Assembly: GCA_015232575.1 (NCBI GenBank)
Contig: JADFZL010000018.1
Coordinates: forward strand, 66,264 to 130,263
Direction of reading: 5' to 3'
DNA from: Candidatus Rifleibacteriota bacterium
GTDB lineage: Bacteria; Muiribacteriota; Ozemobacteria; Ozemobacterales; Ozemobacteraceae
DNA: 64,000 nucleotides
Both the position numbers and the translations under genes were made by a program. The notes below the pieces were generated by a model. It did not search any database, was not told the DNA's origin, and worked only from the letters and a program-made list of their open reading frames with translations. Positions 51,051 to 60,173 of the stretch are shown in pieces; position 1 is the first letter of the stretch, and every line of letters starts with the position of its first letter.

Positions 51051-51069
51051 TTTTTGAACAGTCTTTTTG

Positions 51070-51966
51070 CTAAGCCAGCACAGTTTTTTCCGCAGCCTCC
51101 AATTTACCATGCGAATATTTATCAAATCCCAAACTCATTTCCTGAAGATACAAATAAATAGAAGCTTTGACTGTTAGAGGACGGTATTTTGTTAATAACT
51201 TCTTATTCGAAAGTACATATTTATTCTCATTGTCCTTCTCTTGACAATCTATTAAGGAATTTGAGTATAACTCTTTTCTCATCAGTTCGACGACCTCTAA
51301 AGACGTTGTAAGTTCATCAGCACAAATTATAAAGGAATCAGAAGTATCATATTGTTCATCGAAAATATGTCTAATAAAACCATAAATATCCCTAACATGT
51401 ATCAAATGGTTATACAGCATATTGCTTATTGATAAAGAAGCACTCTTTTTCAATGTTTTATATACTCCATCAATCCACCCATGTGACCCCACACCAATAA
51501 CACCTGGCATTCGAAGAGAAATTGTTTGGATATTCTCCTGTAAAATATTTTCACAAAAATATTTTGTTAAACCATATAACCCCGGGTTAATAATATCTGT
51601 ATTTTCAGTTACTTCACTCACTCTTACTGTGCCATAAACTTTTATTGAAGAAGTATAAATAATAAGCCTTGGAGCTAATTTCCTAGCAATTTTTACAACA
51701 TTCTCTGTTACTAGAATATTTGACTTTAAATATTCCTCGGCTGATTTGTTCAATAATGACTGACCGGCCATATGAATAATAATATCAATGTTGCGTTCAG
51801 GAAAATATGGGCTAATACTCAAATCATGAGAAATCCAAGAAAAATTACCGTGAATAATATTTGGATTAGTTCTTGAAACACCAAGAATAATTTCCCCGTC
51901 TCTCAAAAGTCTTGTGATTACATATTTTGCAATATAACTTGAACAACCTGTAAACAAAATATTCAT
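51070..51966 (-). CDS. NAD-dependent epimerase/dehydratase/reductase (extended SDR)
   Basis: MNILFTGCSSYIA, IIHMAG, SSIKVYG, YGLTK (YxxxK). Confidence 0.85.
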   Translation of the reverse strand: MNILFTGCSSYIAKYVITRLLRDGEIILGVSRTNPNIIHGNFSWISHDLSISPYFPERNIDIIIHMAGQSLLNKSAEEYLKSNILVTENVVKIARKLAPRLIIYTSSIKVYGTVRVSEVTENTDIINPGLYGLTKYFCENILQENIQTISLRMPGVIGVGSHGWIDGVYKTLKKSASLSISNMLYNHLIHVRDIYGFIRHIFDEQYDTSDSFIICADELTTSLEVVELMRKELYSNSLIDCQEKDNENKYVLSNKKLLTKYRPLTVKASIYLYLQEMSLGFDKYSHGKLEAAEKTVLA

Positions 51967-52508
51967 AACGTCGCTGTTTCTCTCATAAGATTATCTATAT
52001 AACTATTTACAGACAAAGTGTCTTCAACTTCAGGTGCCCAAGGAGCAAAAAAACTGTCACCACCTGGAATAAAAGGACCGATGCGACTCTCATGAAAAAT
52101 CACATAATCACTGGTAGGAACAGAAAAATGATAATAATTCTTTTCAAATCTGTACAATAAGTTTCCTTCTATCGAAACATCCAATCGCCTTAATACTTGC
52201 CCTTCCTCATTAAAAACAAAAACAATTTGGGAACCTTCAATAAGATGATACGCTTCGGCCTTTAATAAGTGTTTGTGAGGTCTTACATAGGTGTTTTTAT
52301 GGTGCAAAATAATCATATTGTGCAGTTCGGATTTTTGAGATTGATGCATAGAAATGCGTATATTTCTTTTTTCACGGAAAGCAATCTTTTTTAACTCATT
52401 AATGATTTCTTTGGTTAGAAAAACAACTTCTTCTTTACAATAGAAAGATAAAGACTTTGCCTGCACATCTTGAACAATATAAGGATAAGAAGAAAAATAG
52501 GAACTCAT
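51963..52508 (-). CDS. WbuC-like cupin-fold protein
   Basis: RISMH, HNMII, YVRPHKH, KAEAYHLIEG, HESRIGPF, FAPWAPE. Confidence 0.8.
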   Translation of the reverse strand: MSSYFSSYPYIVQDVQAKSLSFYCKEEVVFLTKEIINELKKIAFREKRNIRISMHQSQKSELHNMIILHHKNTYVRPHKHLLKAEAYHLIEGSQIVFVFNEEGQVLRRLDVSIEGNLLYRFEKNYYHFSVPTSDYVIFHESRIGPFIPGGDSFFAPWAPEVEDTLSVNSYIDNLMRETATL

Positions 52509-52602
52509 TATTTAATCACCAAACCAACGCAGAATAAAAACAGATATTTTGCTAAAAGTTAATAACTTAATCAAACAAATCTCTTGAAAACAAGCTGAAA
52601 AA

Positions 52603-53541
52603 TCAGAAACAGATCTTTGATTCCTCTGAATCCCACAATCTGCAACCCTTACAAAAATCAAACTTGTCTCTCAAACCTTTCAAGTGAGTTTGTCTAAAAT
52701 TCTTAAAGTAAATCCCCTTCTGCCAAATATCCTTAATACTGTGGAAATTAATATTACCATTAACATATTTGAAATCAAAATCTACTGGACAGATTGTAAC
52801 ATCACCATTATAGCGAATTACCATGGTTGAAAAAGGCGAAGTACATGGAGACTCAATTTTCTGAAAATCTCTGACAGAAACATAATTGTCTAACTGATTT
52901 CCCCAGCTATGTACACTCTTTGCGTGAACACAATCTTGCTTTTGTAAAAAGCTTCGCCAAAACTTTCCCCATTCTTCTACTTCTGAGATGTTATCTTCCT
53001 GAATAACCATTCTTACTCTAATAATCAATTTAGACAACAGTTTATCCCTTAATTTAATAAACTGAAATATATTACCTACAACTTCTTCAAAGTTTAGACC
53101 CTTTCTTATCTTTTCGAAAGTATCTTTTTTAAGTCCATCAACTGAGAACATTATTTCATCTAAACCACATTGAAGAAGAGATAACCCTCTCTCATTGTTT
53201 AACAGCGAAGCATTTGTGGAAAAAATTACATGTTTAATGCCACATTTTTTTAAATAAGCTATTCTTTCCTCAAGCTTATCATCCAGCAAGGGTTCACCAT
53301 CTCGCGACATATTAACAACTCTTACTATGTCTTTATATTCTATTAATTCATCAGATATTTTCTGAAATAGCTCAGGGCTCATATAAGCACTACTTGATTT
53401 ATGCCATTTTTTTACAGTACACATACGGCAAGATGCATTACAAGCATTCACAGTTTCAATTTCAAAGTAAACCGGAAATAAAAAGCAATCTTCAATTCTG
53501 GATAATTTTAGTTTTTTCAGCAAAACATCAGTATTATTCAT
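52603..53541 (-). CDS. Radical SAM protein with SPASM/twitch domain
   Basis: ETVNACNASCRMC, GEPLLD, STNASLL, CTSPFSTMVIRYNGDVTICPVD, GN, CKGC. Confidence 0.9.
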   Translation of the reverse strand: MNNTDVLLKKLKLSRIEDCFLFPVYFEIETVNACNASCRMCTVKKWHKSSSAYMSPELFQKISDELIEYKDIVRVVNMSRDGEPLLDDKLEERIAYLKKCGIKHVIFSTNASLLNNERGLSLLQCGLDEIMFSVDGLKKDTFEKIRKGLNFEEVVGNIFQFIKLRDKLLSKLIIRVRMVIQEDNISEVEEWGKFWRSFLQKQDCVHAKSVHSWGNQLDNYVSVRDFQKIESPCTSPFSTMVIRYNGDVTICPVDFDFKYVNGNINFHSIKDIWQKGIYFKNFRQTHLKGLRDKFDFCKGCRLWDSEESKICF

Positions 53542-53723
53542 TTTTCGCCAGCCAAATACACTTATTCAAAAGAGCCATACTCATTTTTCAACTCTGAAAA
53601 AGAGAAATGGTTTTAAGAAAAACGGAAACCAACCATAAATTACCATGCAAATCCAAACCTCAAATATTATGCATTATTAACGAAAACTCGTTTTCGTAGA
53701 GACAATGCTTTTACGATCGTATT

Positions 53724-54383
53724 TCAAAAATATATAAACTCATAATCACCTGTATAGCTAAATTCGGCAAAGATCCATGACCATTCTTCTGGGGAAAAGA
53801 AAGATTCACAGGTTAATGCCCAACACTGAAGATTAAATAACTCTTGTTCATTTCTGTAACTTTCAACAACAAGATATTTATTCTTACCAACGCGCTCTAT
53901 CTCAGACAACGCGTTCTTTAAACCTGCAATTCTTAAATTGTGCAATGTTGTAATAGAAATAACAAGATCAAACTCTTTATTCTGGTAAGGATATCTTTCG
54001 CTGGCATCATGCTTATGCAAATAAGCTTTCACTTCGGGTTTAGCGTTAATCAAAGCATAATCCGAAATATCTATTCCAACCACCTTTGAATTCGGAAGCA
54101 ATTCTCGTAACTCGTAGAGTAAAAAAGCTTTGCCACAGCCAACGTCAAGAATTTTTGCATCGTCTTTCAGGTCATATTGTTTTATCAGGCTTTCAGCTAC
54201 CGCTTTCCAGCGACCGTCATATCTATAGCCGCCATAACCATAACAGCGTTCGCCGTCCCAATAATCTTTTCCATATTGTCTGGCAATACGAGAACACTCT
54301 ACTTTGTTATTTATCATTCGGGAAAGAAAATCTCTTTCCGTGCTTTTGTGCAAAGGATTAATAATATTCAGCAGTTGTCCCAT
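53724..54383 (-). CDS. Class I SAM-dependent methyltransferase
   Basis: YWDGERCYGYGGYRYDGRW, ILDVGCGKAFL, FDLVISITTLHNL. Confidence 0.88.
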   Translation of the reverse strand: MGQLLNIINPLHKSTERDFLSRMINNKVECSRIARQYGKDYWDGERCYGYGGYRYDGRWKAVAESLIKQYDLKDDAKILDVGCGKAFLLYELRELLPNSKVVGIDISDYALINAKPEVKAYLHKHDASERYPYQNKEFDLVISITTLHNLRIAGLKNALSEIERVGKNKYLVVESYRNEQELFNLQCWALTCESFFSPEEWSWIFAEFSYTGDYEFIYF

Positions 54384-54384
54384 T

Positions 54385-55308
54385 CTATTTTTTCTCTAAT
54401 ATTTGTTTAACGGTTTCAACAATATTTCTGACACTGATTCCACATGACTCTTTCATTTCTTCAAAACTACCATATTCACTACAATAACAATCATTAAAGC
54501 CTATTTTTTTGAATCTTACAGAATTTTTGTATTCCGCTAACGTATCTGCCACAGCACTCCCTAAGCCTCCAATAACACTATGCCCCTCAATGGTCACAAT
54601 GGCTTTAGTTTCCTCAGCAGCTTTAATAACAATCTCATTGTCGAACGGCTTTATTGTGTGAATATTTATCAATCTTACACTTATCGAATCACGGGCCAAT
54701 ATATCTGATGCAAGTTTGGCATCATGGACTGAATTTCCTGTTGCAATCAATGTAACATCTTTTCCATCCTTTAGAAGAATGCCCTTACCAATTTGGAAAT
54801 CGTAATCGGTATTATAAACTGCGGGTTCCTTGCTTGTTCCAAGTCGAATATAAACCGGTCCTTCGATGCTGTATGCGGCCTCAGTTGCCTTTTTTGTTTC
54901 CAAGGCATCAGCAGGCGAAAATATCTTCATATTTGGAAGCACTCTCATCAATGCAAGATCTTCTATTGCGTGATGTGTCGGGCCCAATGTCGAATAACTT
55001 ACTCCTGCTCCGATTCCAACAATTTTAACATTCATTTTTTGCATGCAAATATCATTGCGAATTTGCTCAAACGCACGCATTACAAGAAATGGAATAATGG
55101 TATAAATAAATGGAATTTTCTTACAGGAGGATACTCCAGCAGATACACTAACCATCGTGCTTTCGGCTATTCCGAAATTAACAAAATTATTCGGAAAACT
55201 TCTACGGTAACGGTCAAATACAATTGCACCATTATCAGCGACAAAAGAAAAAACGCTATTATCTCTTTCTGTCAATTGGTACAAGGTGTTTATGTAGGCA
55301 TCTCTCAT
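54385..55308 (-). CDS. Transketolase C-terminal (pyrimidine-binding) subunit
   Basis: MRDAY, NFGIAE, RAFEQIR, GPTHHAIED, GPVYIRL, TIKPFD, GGLGSAV. Confidence 0.9.
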   Translation of the reverse strand: MRDAYINTLYQLTERDNSVFSFVADNGAIVFDRYRRSFPNNFVNFGIAESTMVSVSAGVSSCKKIPFIYTIIPFLVMRAFEQIRNDICMQKMNVKIVGIGAGVSYSTLGPTHHAIEDLALMRVLPNMKIFSPADALETKKATEAAYSIEGPVYIRLGTSKEPAVYNTDYDFQIGKGILLKDGKDVTLIATGNSVHDAKLASDILARDSISVRLINIHTIKPFDNEIVIKAAEETKAIVTIEGHSVIGGLGSAVADTLAEYKNSVRFKKIGFNDCYCSEYGSFEEMKESCGISVRNIVETVKQILEKK

Positions 55309-56153
55309 ATATATTTCAAATCATCTCTTTCAAGGCATAATTCTTTAAGTGCTATTTTAACTTCGTTTTCATCAGGCATTCGATAATGCCAAATCGGCAC
55401 ATTTTCCATATATGAAATCCCTTTGCCCTTAGTAGTATTAGCAATAATTACACTTGGTTTTCCTTTGACAAATGGAACGCTGCTTAAAGCATCTGAAATT
55501 TGCTGAATATCATGCCCTTCAATCACTCTTGTTCCCCAACCGAAACTACGCCATTTCTCGTCCAGCGGAGACAATGAGCCAACATTATCAATAAAATCTA
55601 TTGCCTGAAGTTTATTATAATCAACAATGGCAACAATATTATCGAGTTTATGCTGATTAGCAAAAATAGCCGCCTCCCAAATGCTTCCCTCTTGACATTC
55701 ACCATCTCCCATAAGAATATAAACTTTAAAATCTTTTTTGCTCAATTTACCCCCAAAGGCAATACCTACACCAAACGGAAAACCGTGCCCCAGAGAGCCA
55801 GTCGAAGCATCAACTCCTGGCAACTTAAGCATATCAGGATGACCACCAAGGGAATTACCTTTTTGGCATGTTTTCAAAAGTAATTTCTTATCCAGGAAAC
55901 CTTTTTGTGCCAAAATTGAGTAAAGAGCAATTGAAGCATGACCTTTGCTGAGAATAAATCTGTCACGCTCTTCCCAATCTGGTTTCGACGGATTAACATT
56001 AATATACTTTTCATACAATACCGCCAGGATCTCAGCAATTGACAAAGAGGACGCGAGATGCCCGCCGCCAGCATTATACATAACTTTAAACATTATTTGC
56101 CGAAGCATCAAAACATCTTTTTCCAATTTATTTTCTTCAACTTCCATTACCAT
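55305..56153 (-). CDS. Transketolase N-terminal (TPP-binding) subunit
   Basis: GGHLASSLS, DRFILSKGHA, GHP, STGSLGHG, GDGECQEGSIWEA, TTKGKG, WHY. Confidence 0.92.
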   Translation of the reverse strand: MVMEVEENKLEKDVLMLRQIMFKVMYNAGGGHLASSLSIAEILAVLYEKYINVNPSKPDWEERDRFILSKGHASIALYSILAQKGFLDKKLLLKTCQKGNSLGGHPDMLKLPGVDASTGSLGHGFPFGVGIAFGGKLSKKDFKVYILMGDGECQEGSIWEAAIFANQHKLDNIVAIVDYNKLQAIDFIDNVGSLSPLDEKWRSFGWGTRVIEGHDIQQISDALSSVPFVKGKPSVIIANTTKGKGISYMENVPIWHYRMPDENEVKIALKELCLERDDLKYI

Positions 56154-56198
56154 ACCACCACCCGCTGATAGGATCCATTGTCGAAATCAGTAAACACC

Positions 56199-57266
56199 TT
56201 AAATAAAGTTCACATGTTGTCCATGTGATTTTAAAATTTCGTTAATCAAAATATTTCTGTCATCATAAACACAATGGTGGCGACACTGCACCATAGAATT
56301 AAATGACTCAAATAACTTTTTTGTATCCTCCGAAAACCATATATCTTTAAAGGACATCTGATGCAAATCACCAATTTCAGCACCTAGTACATAGGCTTTA
56401 TCATGGCAGGGGTATATTTTACTGTCAGCACCAATAACAGTAACAATCTGATTTATCGGGCAAAAAGAGTATGACCTTTCAAAAACCATGGATAAATTAA
56501 AATCATCCTCATATTTGTTAATTACTTTAAATTTTTCATCAGCTAAATCATCTACTGCTCTGCGAATCTGGAAAATTGCTTCTTCCTTAAAATCTTTATG
56601 ATAATCAAATAAATCCTTTGTTATGCGTGCAGTGTATTTTATATGATTAGCCCCCAAGCTTTTAATCAGCTTAGCCATTTCATAAGTTTGATGCACATTT
56701 TCATGATTAACAACAAAATTTACCCCAAACTCGCAATCTGAGTTTTTAGTTGCCGCAAAGTGTTCGATATTTTTTATCAATTCAAAAAAGCAGTTTGAAG
56801 AAATATTACGTATTTTGGAAAACGTCTCTGCTGTTGCAGCATCCATGGAAATTCTAACCCATTTGGCTCTGCAAAAAAGATCCGCAACTGAACCTCTTAA
56901 CAATTGTCCATTTGTAATTAAGGACAGATCAATGTTTTTCTCCAAAATCATTTGCGCTGCCTGTTCAATATGAGGATAAACTAATGGCTCGCCTCCACCA
57001 CTGAAAGTTATCGCCTTAACTCCAATACTGTGGAAATCATCAATTGTTTTTTGGAGAATCGGCCACGGAATCTCATCTTCAAAGCGAACACCTTCGCGCA
57101 GTCTTAAATCCTTATCATTGTAACTACAGTAAAAACAGTGATGGTTACATTTATTTGTTGGCTTGACACGAACATAAACTGGCGCAGTTATTTCCTTATT
57201 TGAAATAGCCTTTAACTTCTCATTGTGCCAGAAAATCTTTAAATTACTATATGGATTATTGCTCAT
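56199..57266 (-). CDS. Radical SAM protein with SPASM/twitch domain
   Basis: PTNKCNHHCFYC, FSGGGEP, ITNG, WVRISMDA, CPI...GADSKIYPC, CRHHC. Confidence 0.9.
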   Translation of the reverse strand: MSNNPYSNLKIFWHNEKLKAISNKEITAPVYVRVKPTNKCNHHCFYCSYNDKDLRLREGVRFEDEIPWPILQKTIDDFHSIGVKAITFSGGGEPLVYPHIEQAAQMILEKNIDLSLITNGQLLRGSVADLFCRAKWVRISMDAATAETFSKIRNISSNCFFELIKNIEHFAATKNSDCEFGVNFVVNHENVHQTYEMAKLIKSLGANHIKYTARITKDLFDYHKDFKEEAIFQIRRAVDDLADEKFKVINKYEDDFNLSMVFERSYSFCPINQIVTVIGADSKIYPCHDKAYVLGAEIGDLHQMSFKDIWFSEDTKKLFESFNSMVQCRHHCVYDDRNILINEILKSHGQHVNFI

Positions 57267-57269
57267 GAT

Positions 57270-58295
57270 TCATTTCAGTTTAATTGCCTGCATAGTCTTG
57301 ATATTATAATATCTGACATCATTCATGGAGTCAACTATTTTTCCTGTATCAAACGCTTTCACCATGTCTTTAACTGCATCCTCAATAGAATGACTGGCAA
57401 CAAAACCCAATTCCCTTTTAAGTTTTTCAGAAGAAACATGATATGATCTATTATCGTTGGAAGGTATTGTTTCAATAGAAATATCCTGACCAACAACTGT
57501 TTTAACAATTTCAGCGATTTCGGAAACACGATGGTTTTCATACCCTGCATTATATATTTTTCCATCAATCTTTTCTTCATCCCATTCCAAAGAACGACAG
57601 TACAATTCTGAAATATCTTCAATATGAATATTCGGGCGCATTTGGTTTCCGCCAAAAACTTTAATTACACGGTTATTAACTGCATGATTGGTCAGAATGT
57701 TTACGGTAAGGTCTAGTCTTTGCCTCGGTGAATAACCACATACTGTCGCAGGTCGAATAATCAAAACTGTGAAGCCATCACTCTTTTGCTTCAACAAATA
57801 TTCTTCACATAACGCTTTATATTTTGAATAATCAGTTAATGGCTCAAGAGGCAAGTCTTCCGTAACATTTTCCGTATCTTTAATTCCGTAAACACTTGAG
57901 GAAGATGCAAAAATAAATCTTTTAATTTTATTTTTTCTGGCGATATCAACAAGATTAATAAAGGCAGTATAATTAACACTTTTCCCCAATTCAGGATCAA
58001 GATCAAAACTTGGATCATTGGAGATACATGCCAAATGAATAACGGCATCTGAGCCTGAAACTTCTTTTTCTAATAAGCTTCTGTCTCTGATATCTCCCTT
58101 TATTTCAATTAAATTAGGATGATTTTTTACTTCATGCAGAACATCATCCCCATAAATATATAAATCTAAAACTTTAACTAAATAACCAGCCTTAAGCAAC
58201 TTAGGAACAAGAACGGCACCAACATAACCTGCCCCGCCTGTAACCAAAACATTTTTAATCGGTTTATCCATAATTTTAATCTTCATCCTCGACAA
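57270..58295 (-). CDS. NAD-dependent NDP-sugar epimerase/dehydratase
   Basis: VTGGAGYVG, IHLACISND, ASSSSVYG, YSKYK, RPATVCGYSPRQRLDL. Confidence 0.92.
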   Translation of the reverse strand: MSRMKIKIMDKPIKNVLVTGGAGYVGAVLVPKLLKAGYLVKVLDLYIYGDDVLHEVKNHPNLIEIKGDIRDRSLLEKEVSGSDAVIHLACISNDPSFDLDPELGKSVNYTAFINLVDIARKNKIKRFIFASSSSVYGIKDTENVTEDLPLEPLTDYSKYKALCEEYLLKQKSDGFTVLIIRPATVCGYSPRQRLDLTVNILTNHAVNNRVIKVFGGNQMRPNIHIEDISELYCRSLEWDEEKIDGKIYNAGYENHRVSEIAEIVKTVVGQDISIETIPSNDNRSYHVSSEKLKRELGFVASHSIEDAVKDMVKAFDTGKIVDSMNDVRYYNIKTMQAIKLK

Positions 58296-59238
58296 TTTGA
58301 GAGTTAAATAGTCTGGTTATTTCCCTTAAAACATCCTCTGGCTTAATTAGTCGCATACAAGAATCATCAAAATAAGCACATTTTTTATCATAGCAAGGAA
58401 ATTTTTCGCAGGAAAAATTTTGTGGAAACATCTTAATTCCCAAACCGTAAAAATAATTTTCACAATAATGTGTTGGTCCAAATAAAGCAACTATTTTTTT
58501 ATTTAATGCAATAGCTAAATGCATTCCAAAGGAATCATTTGTAACGACAAGCCTGCAGTTGCTTATCCATTCAAAATAATCCTCCATACTATTCAAGCCT
58601 TCCTGCCAGGAAACAGTATATTTACTACTTATCAATTTCTCAAGTTCCTTCCAGTAAACATCGGGCCATGCCTTGAGAGGCCATTTATTTCCTACCTGAT
58701 AATTAAAACCAATGTCATATTTTTCACTTGAAGTGGGTGAATAAGAGAAAACATACTTTTGTTTTTTCCACTCAGCGCCAACCATTTCAAACAAGCCTTC
58801 CTGCCAAGATGCTTTTCGCTTACGTTTTTTCTCGATGTCCTGACAGATGCTCAACACGATGTGTGTTCCATCGTATGCTTCAGCAAGACCTTCTCTTACA
58901 TCGAAGCGAAAACCGTATCTTCGCCAAGCTTTAATTGAATCTGCCAGGGCGCATAAGCCAGGAACTTTTTCCAGATTTATTACCGTATCAAAATGTTCAG
59001 ACTGGAGCTGCAAAACGTTAGTCAAATTATAAATAAGTATTCGATGAATGAGAGGATTATTTTTCAATATTGGAAATGCTTTCTCGTCTACCAGCCATGT
59101 AACATGCTCATCTTTATACAAATTCAACAAAACTGTTGAACGTATAACATCGCCATAACTTGTCGCAGTACTTATTTCGTGCTCAAGTGTTTCTGAATAA
59201 CCGACCTTTATTATTAAAACCTTGTGCTTCTGATTCAT
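58276..59238 (-). CDS. GT9 (heptosyltransferase-like) glycosyltransferase
   Basis: KVLIIK...GDVIRST, NNPLI, KAWP, VTNDSFGMHLAIAL, ALFGPT, CMRLIKPEDV. Confidence 0.85.
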   Translation of the reverse strand: MNQKHKVLIIKVGYSETLEHEISTATSYGDVIRSTVLLNLYKDEHVTWLVDEKAFPILKNNPLIHRILIYNLTNVLQLQSEHFDTVINLEKVPGLCALADSIKAWRRYGFRFDVREGLAEAYDGTHIVLSICQDIEKKRKRKASWQEGLFEMVGAEWKKQKYVFSYSPTSSEKYDIGFNYQVGNKWPLKAWPDVYWKELEKLISSKYTVSWQEGLNSMEDYFEWISNCRLVVTNDSFGMHLAIALNKKIVALFGPTHYCENYFYGLGIKMFPQNFSCEKFPCYDKKCAYFDDSCMRLIKPEDVLREITRLFNSQIVEDED

Positions 59239-59252
59239 ATAAAATTTTTCAT

Positions 59253-60152
59253 CTACTTTGGATTTTCAAAATCTGAAGAAGGAAATATAATCTTAACTGA
59301 AGTATAACCATATTTTTGGTAGTGGTTTGTCTTTACTTTTACATCACAAACACTGCATAATCCATAATTGTCACAAAGAGTATAACCTGGAAAGACGATT
59401 GATTCATCCAGAACATTGCCCAGGCAATGCTGGACTCTGGAAAAATATAAATCGGAGTGACAACGGAAAATATTTCCCTCGGGTGAGACAGGAATTACAG
59501 TATTTTTGCATTGAACTCTTTTTTTTGTGTGTTCTCCAAGAGCAGCATCTGGATAAAGAAATTTTCCATAAAATTTCCCATTATAATAGCCTAAGAACTC
59601 TTTTGGACGCAAATCTACCCGCAATTTTTCAGCATATTTTTTTATTTCAGCTATTTCATCGGTTAAGAAGGGTGCATCAAGGTAATATAGCCCAATGCTG
59701 AGGATTTCCTGAAATTCAGCAATTCTTTCAATTAATTCTTTATAATCATTTTGTCCCTTATGATAGCTCACTCTGATTTTGGGATAAGGGGCTTCTCGTT
59801 GGTTCCATTGCAATGATTTAAGTGCAAGAAAATGCTCTTTTTTTAAATACGAAGGCAGCGCAGTCAAAATATCCATTTTATTGTGAACAGCTTCAAGAAT
59901 TTCCCAAATACCCTTGAATAAAAAAGGTTCTCCGCCCTGCAAGGTCAAGGGAACATCCTTCGGTAATACAAACCTGTTCAACGCGATAATCCAATCCTGT
60001 GAAGATAAGTAATTCGGCTTTTTTTGCTTGAAATCAGAATTATTCAACGAAGTAATACAATAGGCGCAATTTAAATGGCATTTTTCTGTAAGATAAACGC
60101 CAACATAATCATAATCATCTGGAACTAATATTTTATTCATAAAATAATCCAA
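59253..60152 (-). CDS. Radical SAM protein
   Basis: LTEKCHLNCAYC, QGGEP, and C-terminal Cys motifs (C...GNIFRC...GN...CDNYGLCSVC). Confidence 0.85.
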   Translation of the reverse strand: MDYFMNKILVPDDYDYVGVYLTEKCHLNCAYCITSLNNSDFKQKKPNYLSSQDWIIALNRFVLPKDVPLTLQGGEPFLFKGIWEILEAVHNKMDILTALPSYLKKEHFLALKSLQWNQREAPYPKIRVSYHKGQNDYKELIERIAEFQEILSIGLYYLDAPFLTDEIAEIKKYAEKLRVDLRPKEFLGYYNGKFYGKFLYPDAALGEHTKKRVQCKNTVIPVSPEGNIFRCHSDLYFSRVQHCLGNVLDESIVFPGYTLCDNYGLCSVCDVKVKTNHYQKYGYTSVKIIFPSSDFENPK

Positions 60153-60173
60153 ATTTTTGGATTTCTCCGATTT

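Noticed and set aside
54793-55386. 197-aa plus-strand ORF
   Set aside because: It is entirely antisense to the well-supported transketolase genes.
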